Position numbers and translations under genes: made by a program
Assembly: GCF_022539665.2 (NCBI RefSeq)
Contig: NC_081332.1
Location: forward strand, 1 to 64,000
Direction of reading: 5' to 3'
From: Daphnia carinata
Taxonomy: Eukaryota
DNA length: 64,000 bases
Shown here: piece by piece, positions 1 to 11,038 of the stretch
Numbering within the stretch: the first letter of the stretch is position 1
Layout: the number at the start of each line of letters is the position of its first letter
Notes under the pieces: generated by a model
Databases searched by the model: none
Told to the model about the DNA's origin: nothing
What the model saw: the letters and a program-made list of their open reading frames with translations, nothing else

Positions 1-8
1 GCCGATGG

Positions 9-81
9 CGTTCCACTTGGGTAAACCCCGAAGAATCTTCAGCGTGTGAGGCTGACGTGATAACCGCTACACTATGAGGAC
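9..81 (-). pseudogene. tRNA-Val(CAC)-derived pseudogene (present in all 21 units at 9..81 + unit offset)
   Basis: GTCCTCA TA GTGT AGCGGTTA TCAC G TCAGC CTCACAC GCTGA: D arm and anticodon arm intact. The T-loop/B-box GTTCGA is lost (CTTCGGGGTTTACCCAA) and the acceptor stem has 3 mismatches. Confidence 0.8.
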
Positions 82-135
82 ACGTTTGTCTACCAAAGCA
101 CTCATTTCGAAAACAGATTTTAAAGCCATTACGAC

Positions 136-140
136 AAAAA
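136..140 (-). terminator. Pol III oligo-T terminator downstream of tRNA-Val(AAC) (T5 in units 1-10, T4 in units 11-21)
   Basis: First run of >=4 T on the minus strand after both the Lys-body tRNA and tRNA-Val. Confidence 0.65.
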
Positions 141-180
141 GGTTGCAATTTACGAGCTAGCACGAGGTTTACTAGCGTCT

Positions 181-253
181 TGTTCCCACCCAGGATCGAA
201 CTGAGGACCTTCAGCGTGTTAGGCCGACGTGATAACCACTACACTATGGGAAC
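181..253 (-). tRNA. tRNA-Val(AAC), copy 1
   Basis: GTTCCCA TA GTGT AGTGGTTA TCAC G TCGGC CTAACAC GCTGA AGGTC CTCAG TTCGATC CTGGG TGGGAAC A: full cloverleaf, 73 nt. Confidence 0.93.
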
Positions 254-308
254 TGAACCTCGCATATCGTTTTCAATTTATGGGAACAACTTTTATTTAG
301 AACATTGC

Positions 309-381
309 CGCCCAACGTTGGGCTCGAACCCACGACCCTGAGATTAACAGTCTCATGCTCTACCGACTGAGCTAGCCAGGC
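309..381 (-). tRNA. tRNA with GTT (Asn) anticodon on a tRNA-Lys(CTT) body, copy 1
   Basis: GCCTGGC TA GCTC AGTCGGTA GAGC A TGAGA CTGTTAA TCTCA GGGTC GTGGG TTCGAGC CCAAC GTTGGGC G. Matches canonical metazoan tRNA-Lys(CTT) except C4T, C34G and one T-stem C>A. Confidence 0.9.
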
Positions 382-615
382 ACATGTACGTTTTTCAGCA
401 AGACTTGAAACACCTGTTTTCCAATACAAAAAGATGATGCCTCACACCATGAAGTACACCAGGAGCAGTACCGATTTCAAAATCAGCTAGCTACACCTGT
501 TAGTCTCCAGAAATGGCATTGCGGCTCATGAATTTGGATATTTTGAAGGAGAGATGTGCTGATAGTTTGGAAAATAAATAAAGTAAACGAATGTTTTCGT
601 GTAAAATCGGACTGA

Positions 616-651
616 AAAATAAGCCCGACAAAATAAGCCCGACTTTTCGGG
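616..651. repeat. 14-bp tandem duplication (AAAATAAGCCCGAC x2) overlapping a CCCGA-CTTT-TCGGG hairpin; in every unit
   Basis: 616-629 equals 630-643; inverted repeat at 638-651. Confidence 0.8.
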
Positions 652-1045
652 ATTGTTTTTTTCTTTCACAGACATATATAAAACAATATGAACTAGATCT
701 CAAATTAAACGAGAAAACACGAAAATCAAATTTACTTTTAGATTGGGCTTATAGTTTTTCAAATAAATGGGAAAAAGGAATGACACATTTTTTGAGGGAT
801 GTCTTCAAGAAGCAATACGAAAGGTACGTTTTCTCGGTTTGTTTCCGGTTTCATTTAAACAAACTATTAATAATTGATTTACTTATACATTTTTACTCTG
901 TCCTTGGTAGAAGCCTAATTACAAAGTTGACAAATGGCGTCCAACTGACTTTTCTCACATTATCAAAAGGGTTGAATAATGTTCAAGGACGTTTCTTCCA
1001 GTCCTGCATAGCCGTTGAATTACCTTTCCCCCTTGGACATTACAT

Positions 1046-1119
1046 GCCTTTGTGGCGCAATTGGCTAGCGCGTTCGGCTGTTAACCGGAAGGCTGGTGGT
1101 TCGATCCCACCCAGGGGCG
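1046..1119 (+). tRNA. tRNA-Asn(GTT), copy 1
   Basis: GCCTTTG TG GCGC AATTGGCTA GCGC G TTCGG CTGTTAA CCGGA AGGCT GGTGG TTCGATC CCACC CAGGGGC G; T5 terminator 9 nt downstream. Confidence 0.93.
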
Positions 1120-1512
1120 AAGGCCATGTTTTTAACGATTTTTCGTTTCCAAAGAGATGCTTCCAGTTTTTTAAAAACCTCCCTCGCTTTCAAGTATACG
1201 TCTTTGGCTAGTCGTCAGTGGTGAACAAACTTGGTGACTCTTCACAAAAACATATTATGGTACCATTGCTTAGTTTTAATAACTTACTCTACAGTCATTG
1301 ATAATTAATACAACTAGTGGTTTCACCGACAAGCCGATGGCGTTCCACTTGGGTAAACCCCGAAGAATCTTCAGCGTGTGAGGCTGACGTGATAACCGCT
1401 ACACTATGAGGACACGTTTGTCTACCAAAGCACTCATTTCGAAAACAGATTTTAAAGCCATTACGACAAAAAGGTTGCAATTTACGAGCTAGCACGAGGT
1501 TTACTAGCGTCT

Positions 1513-1585
1513 TGTTCCCACCCAGGATCGAACTGAGGACCTTCAGCGTGTTAGGCCGACGTGATAACCACTACACTATGGGAAC
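1513..1585 (-). tRNA. tRNA-Val(AAC), copy 2
   Basis: Same as copy 1. Confidence 0.92.
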
Positions 1586-1640
1586 TGAACCTCGCATATC
1601 GTTTTCAATTTATGGGAACAACTTTTATTTAGAACATTGC

Positions 1641-1713
1641 CGCCCAACGTTGGGCTCGAACCCACGACCCTGAGATTAACAGTCTCATGCTCTACCGACT
1701 GAGCTAGCCAGGC
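1641..1713 (-). tRNA. Lys-body tRNA(GTT), copy 2
   Basis: Same as copy 1. Confidence 0.9.
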
Positions 1714-2377
1714 ACATGTACGTTTTTCAGCAAGACTTGAAACACCTGTTTTCCAATACAAAAAGATGATGCCTCACACCATGAAGTACACCAGGAGCAG
1801 TACCGATTTCAAAATCAGCTAGCTACACCTGTTAGTCTCCAGAAATGGCATTGCGGCTCATGAATTTGGATATTTTGAAGGAGAGATGTGCTGATAGTTT
1901 GGAAAATAAATAAAGTAAACGAATGTTTTCGTGTAAAATCGGACTGAAAAATAAGCCCGACAAAATAAGCCCGACTTTTCGGGATTGTTTTTTTCTTTCA
2001 CAGACATATATAAAACAATATGAACTAGATCTCAAATTAAACGAGAAAACACGAAAATCAAATTTACTTTTAGATTGGGCTTATAGTTTTTCAAATAAAT
2101 GGGAAAAAGGAATGACACATTTTTTGAGGGATGTCTTCAAGAAGCAATACGAAAGGTACGTTTTCTCGGTTTGTTTCCGGTTTCATTTAAACAAACTATT
2201 AATAATTGATTTACTTATACATTTTTACTCTGTCCTTGGTAGAAGCCTAATTACAAAGTTGACAAATGGCGTCCAACTGACTTTTCTCACATTATCAAAA
2301 GGGTTGAATAATGTTCAAGGACGTTTCTTCCAGTCCTGCATAGCCGTTGAATTACCTTTCCCCCTTGGACATTACAT

Positions 2378-2451
2378 GCCTTTGTGGCGCAATTGGCTAG
2401 CGCGTTCGGCTGTTAACCGGAAGGCTGGTGGTTCGATCCCACCCAGGGGCG
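2378..2451 (+). tRNA. tRNA-Asn(GTT), copy 2
   Basis: Same as copy 1. Confidence 0.92.
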
Positions 2452-2845
2452 AAGGCCATGTTTTTAACGATTTTTCGTTTCCAAAGAGATGCTTCCAGTT
2501 TTTTAAAAATCCTCCCTCGCTTTCAAGTATACGTCTTTGGCTAGTCGTCAGTGGTGAACAAACTTGGTGACTCTTCACAAAAACATATTATGGTACCATT
2601 GCTTAGTTTTAATAACTTACTCTACAGTCATTGATAATTAATACAACTAGTGGTTTCACCGACAAGCCGATGGCGTTCCACTTGGGTAAACCCCGAAGAA
2701 TCTTCAGCGTGTGAGGCTGACGTGATAACCGCTACACTATGAGGACACGTTTGTCTACCAAAGCACTCATTTCGAAAACAGATTTTAAAGCCATTACGAC
2801 AAAAAGGTTGCAATTTACGAGCTAGCACGAGGTTTACTAGCGTCT

Positions 2846-2918
2846 TGTTCCCACCCAGGATCGAACTGAGGACCTTCAGCGTGTTAGGCCGACGTGATAA
2901 CCACTACACTATGGGAAC
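2846..2918 (-). tRNA. tRNA-Val(AAC), copy 3
   Basis: Same as copy 1. Confidence 0.92.
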
Positions 2919-2973
2919 TGAACCTCGCATATCGTTTTCAATTTATGGGAACAACTTTTATTTAGAACATTGC

Positions 2974-3046
2974 CGCCCAACGTTGGGCTCGAACCCACGA
3001 CCCTGAGATTAACAGTCTCATGCTCTACCGACTGAGCTAGCCAGGC
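2974..3046 (-). tRNA. Lys-body tRNA(GTT), copy 3
   Basis: Same as copy 1. Confidence 0.9.
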
Positions 3047-3710
3047 ACATGTACGTTTTTCAGCAAGACTTGAAACACCTGTTTTCCAATACAAAAAGAT
3101 GATGCCTCACACCATGAAGTACACCAGGAGCAGTACCGATTTCAAAATCAGCTAGCTACACCTGTTAGTCTCCAGAAATGGCATTGCGGCTCATGAATTT
3201 GGATATTTTGAAGGAGAGATGTGCTGATAGTTTGGAAAATAAATAAAGTAAACGAATGTTTTCGTGTAAAATCGGACTGAAAAATAAGCCCGACAAAATA
3301 AGCCCGACTTTTCGGGATTGTTTTTTTCTTTCACAGACATATATAAAACAATATGAACTAGATCTCAAATTAAACGAGAAAACACGAAAATCAAATTTAC
3401 TTTTAGATTGGGCTTATAGTTTTTCAAATAAATGGGAAAAAGGAATGACACATTTTTTGAGGGATGTCTTCAAGAAGCAATACGAAAGGTACGTTTTCTC
3501 GGTTTGTTTCCGGTTTCATTTAAACAAACTATTAATAATTGATTTACTTATACATTTTTACTCTGTCCTTGGTAGAAGCCTAATTACAAAGTTGACAAAT
3601 GGCGTCCAACTGACTTTTCTCACATTATCAAAAGGGTTGAATAATGTTCAAGGACGTTTCTTCCAGTCCTGCATAGCCGTTGAATTACCTTTCCCCCTTG
3701 GACATTACAT

Positions 3711-3784
3711 GCCTTTGTGGCGCAATTGGCTAGCGCGTTCGGCTGTTAACCGGAAGGCTGGTGGTTCGATCCCACCCAGGGGCG
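3711..3784 (+). tRNA. tRNA-Asn(GTT), copy 3
   Basis: Same as copy 1. Confidence 0.92.
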
Positions 3785-4177
3785 AAGGCCATGTTTTTAA
3801 CGATTTTTCGTTTCCAAAGAGATGCTTCCAGTTTTTTAAAAACCTCCCTCGCTTTCAAGTATACGTCTTTGGCTAGTCGTCAGTGGTGAACAAACTTGGT
3901 GACTCTTCACAAAAACATATTATGGTACCATTGCTTAGTTTTAATAACTTACTCTACAGTCATTGATAATTAATACAACTAGTGGTTTCACCGACAAGCC
4001 GATGGCGTTCCACTTGGGTAAACCCCGAAGAATCTTCAGCGTGTGAGGCTGACGTGATAACCGCTACACTATGAGGACACGTTTGTCTACCAAAGCACTC
4101 ATTTCGAAAACAGATTTTAAAGCCATTACGACAAAAAGGTTGCAATTTACGAGCTAGCACGAGGTTTACTAGCGTCT

Positions 4178-4250
4178 TGTTCCCACCCAGGATCGAACTG
4201 AGGACCTTCAGCGTGTTAGGCCGACGTGATAACCACTACACTATGGGAAC
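4178..4250 (-). tRNA. tRNA-Val(AAC), copy 4
   Basis: Same as copy 1. Confidence 0.92.
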
Positions 4251-4305
4251 TGAACCTCGCATATCGTTTTCAATTTATGGGAACAACTTTTATTTAGAAC
4301 ATTGC

Positions 4306-4378
4306 CGCCCAACGTTGGGCTCGAACCCACGACCCTGAGATTAACAGTCTCATGCTCTACCGACTGAGCTAGCCAGGC
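4306..4378 (-). tRNA. Lys-body tRNA(GTT), copy 4
   Basis: Same as copy 1. Confidence 0.9.
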
Positions 4379-5042
4379 ACATGTACGTTTTTCAGCAAGA
4401 CTTGAAACACCTGTTTTCCAATACAAAAAGATGATGCCTCACACCATGAAGTACACCAGGAGCAGTACCGATTTCAAAATCAGCTAGCTACACCTGTTAG
4501 TCTCCAGAAATGGCATTGCGGCTCATGAATTTGGATATTTTGAAGGAGAGATGTGCTGATAGTTTGGAAAATAAATAAAGTAAACGAATGTTTTCGTGTA
4601 AAATCGGACTGAAAAATAAGCCCGACAAAATAAGCCCGACTTTTCGGGATTGTTTTTTTCTTTCACAGACATATATAAAACAATATGAACTAGATCTCAA
4701 ATTAAACGAGAAAACACGAAAATCAAATTTACTTTTAGATTGGGCTTATAGTTTTTCAAATAAATGGGAAAAAGGAATGACACATTTTTTGAGGGATGTC
4801 TTCAAGAAGCAATACGAAAGGTACGTTTTCTCGGTTTGTTTCCGGTTTCATTTAAACAAACTATTAATAATTGATTTACTTATACATTTTTACTCTGTCC
4901 TTGGTAGAAGCCTAATTACAAAGTTGACAAATGGCGTCCAACTGACTTTTCTCACATTATCAAAAGGGTTGAATAATGTTCAAGGACGTTTCTTCCAGTC
5001 CTGCATAGCCGTTGAATTACCTTTCCCCCTTGGACATTACAT

Positions 5043-5116
5043 GCCTTTGTGGCGCAATTGGCTAGCGCGTTCGGCTGTTAACCGGAAGGCTGGTGGTTCG
5101 ATCCCACCCAGGGGCG
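5043..5116 (+). tRNA. tRNA-Asn(GTT), copy 4
   Basis: Same as copy 1. Confidence 0.92.
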
Positions 5117-5509
5117 AAGGCCATGTTTTTAACGATTTTTCGTTTCCAAAGAGATGCTTCCAGTTTTTTAAAAACCTCCCTCGCTTTCAAGTATACGTCT
5201 TTGGCTAGTCGTCAGTGGTGAACAAACTTGGTGACTCTTCACAAAAACATATTATGGTACCATTGCTTAGTTTTAATAACTTACTCTACAGTCATTGATA
5301 ATTAATACAACTAGTGGTTTCACCGACAAGCCGATGGCGTTCCACTTGGGTAAACCCCGAAGAATCTTCAGCGTGTGAGGCTGACGTGATAACCGCTACA
5401 CTATGAGGACACGTTTGTCTACCAAAGCACTCATTTCGAAAACAGATTTTAAAGCCATTACGACAAAAAGGTTGCAATTTACGAGCTAGCACGAGGTTTA
5501 CTAGCGTCT

Positions 5510-5582
5510 TGTTCCCACCCAGGATCGAACTGAGGACCTTCAGCGTGTTAGGCCGACGTGATAACCACTACACTATGGGAAC
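5510..5582 (-). tRNA. tRNA-Val(AAC), copy 5
   Basis: Same as copy 1. Confidence 0.92.
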
Positions 5583-5637
5583 TGAACCTCGCATATCGTT
5601 TTCAATTTATGGGAACAACTTTTATTTAGAACATTGC

Positions 5638-5710
5638 CGCCCAACGTTGGGCTCGAACCCACGACCCTGAGATTAACAGTCTCATGCTCTACCGACTGAG
5701 CTAGCCAGGC
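5638..5710 (-). tRNA. Lys-body tRNA(GTT), copy 5
   Basis: Same as copy 1. Confidence 0.9.
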
Positions 5711-6374
5711 ACATGTACGTTTTTCAGCAAGACTTGAAACACCTGTTTTCCAATACAAAAAGATGATGCCTCACACCATGAAGTACACCAGGAGCAGTAC
5801 CGATTTCAAAATCAGCTAGCTACACCTGTTAGTCTCCAGAAATGGCATTGCGGCTCATGAATTTGGATATTTTGAAGGAGAGATGTGCTGATAGTTTGGA
5901 AAATAAATAAAGTAAACGAATGTTTTCGTGTAAAATCGGACTGAAAAATAAGCCCGACAAAATAAGCCCGACTTTTCGGGATTGTTTTTTTCTTTCACAG
6001 ACATATATAAAACAATATGAACTAGATCTCAAATTAAACGAGAAAACACGAAAATCAAATTTACTTTTAGATTGGGCTTATAGTTTTTCAAATAAATGGG
6101 AAAAAGGAATGACACATTTTTTGAGGGATGTCTTCAAGAAGCAATACGAAAGGTACGTTTTCTCGGTTTGTTTCCGGTTTCATTTAAACAAACTATTAAT
6201 AATTGATTTACTTATACATTTTTACTCTGTCCTTGGTAGAAGCCTAATTACAAAGTTGACAAATGGCGTCCAACTGACTTTTCTCACATTATCAAAAGGG
6301 TTGAATAATGTTCAAGGACGTTTCTTCCAGTCCTGCATAGCCGTTGAATTACCTTTCCCCCTTGGACATTACAT

Positions 6375-6448
6375 GCCTTTGTGGCGCAATTGGCTAGCGC
6401 GTTCGGCTGTTAACCGGAAGGCTGGTGGTTCGATCCCACCCAGGGGCG
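6375..6448 (+). tRNA. tRNA-Asn(GTT), copy 5
   Basis: Same as copy 1. Confidence 0.92.
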
Positions 6449-6842
6449 AAGGCCATGTTTTTAACGATTTTTCGTTTCCAAAGAGATGCTTCCAGTTTTT
6501 TAAAAAACCTCCCTCGCTTTCAAGTATACGTCTTTGGCTAGTCGTCAGTGGTGAACAAACTTGGTGACTCTTCACAAAAACATATTATGGTACCATTGCT
6601 TAGTTTTAATAACTTACTCTACAGTCATTGATAATTAATACAACTAGTGGTTTCACCGACAAGCCGATGGCGTTCCACTTGGGTAAACCCCGAAGAATCT
6701 TCAGCGTGTGAGGCTGACGTGATAACCGCTACACTATGAGGACACGTTTGTCTACCAAAGCACTCATTTCGAAAACAGATTTTAAAGCCATTACGACAAA
6801 AAGGTTGCAATTTACGAGCTAGCACGAGGTTTACTAGCGTCT

Positions 6843-6915
6843 TGTTCCCACCCAGGATCGAACTGAGGACCTTCAGCGTGTTAGGCCGACGTGATAACCA
6901 CTACACTATGGGAAC
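6843..6915 (-). tRNA. tRNA-Val(AAC), copy 6
   Basis: Same as copy 1. Confidence 0.92.
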
Positions 6916-6970
6916 TGAACCTCGCATATCGTTTTCAATTTATGGGAACAACTTTTATTTAGAACATTGC

Positions 6971-7043
6971 CGCCCAACGTTGGGCTCGAACCCACGACCC
7001 TGAGATTAACAGTCTCATGCTCTACCGACTGAGCTAGCCAGGC
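6971..7043 (-). tRNA. Lys-body tRNA(GTT), copy 6
   Basis: Same as copy 1. Confidence 0.9.
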
Positions 7044-7707
7044 ACATGTACGTTTTTCAGCAAGACTTGAAACACCTGTTTTCCAATACAAAAAGATGAT
7101 GCCTCACACCATGAAGTACACCAGGAGCAGTACCGATTTCAAAATCAGCTAGCTACACCTGTTAGTCTCCAGAAATGGCATTGCGGCTCATGAATTTGGA
7201 TATTTTGAAGGAGAGATGTGCTGATAGTTTGGAAAATAAATAAAGTAAACGAATGTTTTCGTGTAAAATCGGACTGAAAAATAAGCCCGACAAAATAAGC
7301 CCGACTTTTCGGGATTGTTTTTTTCTTTCACAGACATATATAAAACAATATGAACTAGATCTCAAATTAAACGAGAAAACACGAAAATCAAATTTACTTT
7401 TAGATTGGGCTTATAGTTTTTCAAATAAATGGGAAAAAGGAATGACACATTTTTTGAGGGATGTCTTCAAGAAGCAATACGAAAGGTACGTTTTCTCGGT
7501 TTGTTTCCGGTTTCATTTAAACAAACTATTAATAATTGATTTACTTATACATTTTTACTCTGTCCTTGGTAGAAGCCTAATTACAAAGTTGACAAATGGC
7601 GTCCAACTGACTTTTCTCACATTATCAAAAGGGTTGAATAATGTTCAAGGACGTTTCTTCCAGTCCTGCATAGCCGTTGAATTACCTTTCCCCCTTGGAC
7701 ATTACAT

Positions 7708-7781
7708 GCCTTTGTGGCGCAATTGGCTAGCGCGTTCGGCTGTTAACCGGAAGGCTGGTGGTTCGAGCCCACCCAGGGGCG
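7708..7781 (+). tRNA. tRNA-Asn(GTT), copy 6
   Basis: As copy 1 but T-loop TTCGAGC. Confidence 0.92.
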
Positions 7782-8174
7782 AAGGCCATGTTTTTAACGA
7801 TTTTTCGTTTCCAAAGAGATGCTTCCAGTTTTTTAAAAACCTCCCTCGCTTTCAAGTATACGTCTTTGGCTAGTCGTCAGTGGTGAACAAACTTGGTGAC
7901 TCTTCACAAAAACATATTATGGTACCATTGCTTAGTTTTAATAACTTACTCTACAGTCATTGATAATTAATACAACTAGTGGTTTCACCGACAAGCCGAT
8001 GGCGTTCCACTTGGGTAAACCCCGAAGAATCTTCAGCGTGTGAGGCTGACGTGATAACCGCTACACTATGAGGACACGTTTGTCTACCAAAGCACTCATT
8101 TCGAAAACAGATTTTAAAGCCATTACGACAAAAAGGTTGCAATTTACGAGCTAGCACGAGGTTTACTAGCGTCT

Positions 8175-8247
8175 TGTTCCCACCCAGGATCGAACTGAGG
8201 ACCTTCAGCGTGTTAGGCCGACGTGATAACCACTACACTATGGGAAC
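8175..8247 (-). tRNA. tRNA-Val(AAC), copy 7
   Basis: Same as copy 1. Confidence 0.92.
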
Positions 8248-8302
8248 TGAACCTCGCATATCGTTTTCAATTTATGGGAACAACTTTTATTTAGAACATT
8301 GC

Positions 8303-8375
8303 CGCCCAACGTTGGGCTCGAACCCACGACCCTGAGATTAACAGTCTCATGCTCTACCGACTGAGCTAGCCAGGC
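8303..8375 (-). tRNA. Lys-body tRNA(GTT), copy 7
   Basis: Same as copy 1. Confidence 0.9.
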
Positions 8376-9039
8376 ACATGTACGTTTTTCAGCAAGACTT
8401 GAAACACCTGTTTTCCAATACAAAAAGATGATGCCTCACACCATGAAGTACACCAGGAGCAGTACCGATTTCAAAATCAGCTAGCTACACCTGTTAGTCT
8501 CCAGAAATGGCATTGCGGCTCATGAATTTGGATATTTTGAAGGAGAGATGTGCTGATAGTTTGGAAAATAAATAAAGTAAACGAATGTTTTCGTGTAAAA
8601 TCGGACTGAAAAATAAGCCCGACAAAATAAGCCCGACTTTTCGGGATTGTTTTTTTCTTTCACAGACATATATAAAACAATATGAACTAGATCTCAAATT
8701 AAACGAGAAAACACGAAAATCAAATTTACTTTTAGATTGGGCTTATAGTTTTTCAAATAAATGGGAAAAAGGAATGACACATTTTTTGAGGGATGTCTTC
8801 AAGAAGCAATACGAAAGGTACGTTTTCTCGGTTTGTTTCCGGTTTCATTTAAACAAACTATTAATAATTGATTTACTTATACATTTTTACTCTGTCCTTG
8901 GTAGAAGCCTAATTACAAAGTTGACAAATGGCGTCCAACTGACTTTTCTCACATTATCAAAAGGGTTGAATAATGTTCAAGGACGTTTCTTCCAGTCCTG
9001 CATAGCCGTTGAATTACCTTTCCCCCTTGGACATTACAT

Positions 9040-9113
9040 GCCTTTGTGGCGCAATTGGCTAGCGCGTTCGGCTGTTAACCGGAAGGCTGGTGGTTCGATC
9101 CCACCCAGGGGCG
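9040..9113 (+). tRNA. tRNA-Asn(GTT), copy 7
   Basis: Same as copy 1. Confidence 0.92.
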
Positions 9114-9505
9114 AAGGCCATGTTTTTAACGATTTTTCGTTTCCAAAGAGATGCTTCCAGTTTTTTAAAAACCTCCTCGCTTTCAAGTATACGTCTTTGG
9201 CTAGTCGTCAGTGGTGAACAAACTTGGTGACTCTTCACAAAAACATATTATGGTACCATTGCTTAGTTTTAATAACTTACTCTACAGTCATTGATAATTA
9301 ATACAACTAGTGGTTTCACCGACAAGCCGATGGCGTTCCACTTGGGTAAACCCCGAAGAATCTTCAGCGTGTGAGGCTGACGTGATAACCGCTACACTAT
9401 GAGGACACGTTTGTCTACCAAAGCACTCATTTCGAAAACAGATTTTAAAGCCATTACGACAAAAAGGTTGCAATTTACGAGCTAGCACGAGGTTTACTAG
9501 CGTCT

Positions 9506-9578
9506 TGTTCCCACCCAGGATCGAACTGAGGACCTTCAGCGTGTTAGGCCGACGTGATAACCACTACACTATGGGAAC
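9506..9578 (-). tRNA. tRNA-Val(AAC), copy 8
   Basis: Same as copy 1. Confidence 0.92.
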
Positions 9579-9633
9579 TGAACCTCGCATATCGTTTTCA
9601 ATTTATGGGAACAACTTTTATTTAGAACATTGC

Positions 9634-9706
9634 CGCCCAACGTTGGGCTCGAACCCACGACCCTGAGATTAACAGTCTCATGCTCTACCGACTGAGCTAG
9701 CCAGGC
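9634..9706 (-). tRNA. Lys-body tRNA(GTT), copy 8
   Basis: Same as copy 1. Confidence 0.9.
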
Positions 9707-10370
9707 ACATGTACGTTTTTCAGCAAGACTTGAAACACCTGTTTTCCAATACAAAAAGATGATGCCTCACACCATGAAGTACACCAGGAGCAGTACCGAT
9801 TTCAAAATCAGCTAGCTACACCTGTTAGTCTCCAGAAATGGCATTGCGGCTCATGAATTTGGATATTTTGAAGGAGAGATGTGCTGATAGTTTGGAAAAT
9901 AAATAAAGTAAACGAATGTTTTCGTGTAAAATCGGACTGAAAAATAAGCCCGACAAAATAAGCCCGACTTTTCGGGATTGTTTTTTTCTTTCACAGACAT
10001 ATATAAAACAATATGAACTAGATCTCAAATTAAACGAGAAAACACGAAAATCAAATTTACTTTTAGATTGGGCTTATAGTTTTTCAAATAAATGGGAAAA
10101 AGGAATGACACATTTTTTGAGGGATGTCTTCAAGAAGCAATACGAAAGGTACGTTTTCTCGGTTTGTTTCCGGTTTCATTTAAACAAACTATTAATAATT
10201 GATTTACTTATACATTTTTACTCTGTCCTTGGTAGAAGCCTAATTACAAAGTTGACAAATGGCGTCCAACTGACTTTTCTCACATTATCAAAAGGGTTGA
10301 ATAATGTTCAAGGACGTTTCTTCCAGTCCTGCATAGCCGTTGAATTACCTTTCCCCCTTGGACATTACAT

Positions 10371-10444
10371 GCCTTTGTGGCGCAATTGGCTAGCGCGTTC
10401 GGCTGTTAACCGGAAGGCTGGTGGTTCGATCCCACCCAGGGGCG
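10371..10444 (+). tRNA. tRNA-Asn(GTT), copy 8
   Basis: Same as copy 1. Confidence 0.92.
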
Positions 10445-10837
10445 AAGGCCATGTTTTTAACGATTTTTCGTTTCCAAAGAGATGCTTCCAGTTTTTTAAA
10501 AACCTCCCTCGCTTTCAAGTATACGTCTTTGGCTAGTCGTCAGTGGTGAACAAACTTGGTGACTCTTCACAAAAACATATTATGGTACCATTGCTTAGTT
10601 TTAATAACTTACTCTACAGTCATTGATAATTAATACAACTAGTGGTTTCACCGACAAGCCGATGGCGTTCCACTTGGGTAAACCCCGAAGAATCTTCAGC
10701 GTGTGAGGCTGACGTGATAACCGCTACACTATGAGGACACGTTTGTCTACCAAAGCACTCATTTCGAAAACAGATTTTAAAGCCATTACGACAAAAAGGT
10801 TGCAATTTACGAGCTAGCACGAGGTTTACTAGCGTCT

Positions 10838-10910
10838 TGTTCCCACCCAGGATCGAACTGAGGACCTTCAGCGTGTTAGGCCGACGTGATAACCACTACA
10901 CTATGGGAAC
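10838..10910 (-). tRNA. tRNA-Val(AAC), copy 9
   Basis: Same as copy 1. Confidence 0.92.
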
Positions 10911-10965
10911 TGAACCTCGCATATCGTTTTCAATTTATGGGAACAACTTTTATTTAGAACATTGC

Positions 10966-11038
10966 CGCCCAACGTTGGGCTCGAACCCACGACCCTGAGA
11001 TTAACAGTCTCATGCTCTACCGACTGAGCTAGCCAGGC
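10966..11038 (-). tRNA. Lys-body tRNA(GTT), copy 9
   Basis: Same as copy 1. Confidence 0.9.

Noticed and set aside
638..665. Hairpin plus T-run as an intrinsic terminator or Helitron end
   Set aside because: Eukaryotic context, only a 5-bp stem, no CTRR terminus; the T-run fits a polypyrimidine tract.
1167..1186. Hypervariable site TTTTTTAAAAA(+A/T/G)CCTCCC that sets the 1332 versus 1333 unit length
   Set aside because: Adjacent homopolymers; cannot be separated from sequencing or consensus error without reads.
591..1211. 206/215-aa ORF as a functional unspliced CDS
   Set aside because: It reads through tRNA-Asn and intron-like sequence, its C-terminus varies with indels, and it is broken in units 15 and 17. 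Kept only as a possible captured gene fragment.
244..1495. Repeated 61-68-aa ORFs in each unit
   Set aside because: They are translations of tRNA genes or AT-rich spacer; recurrence only reflects the tandem repeat.
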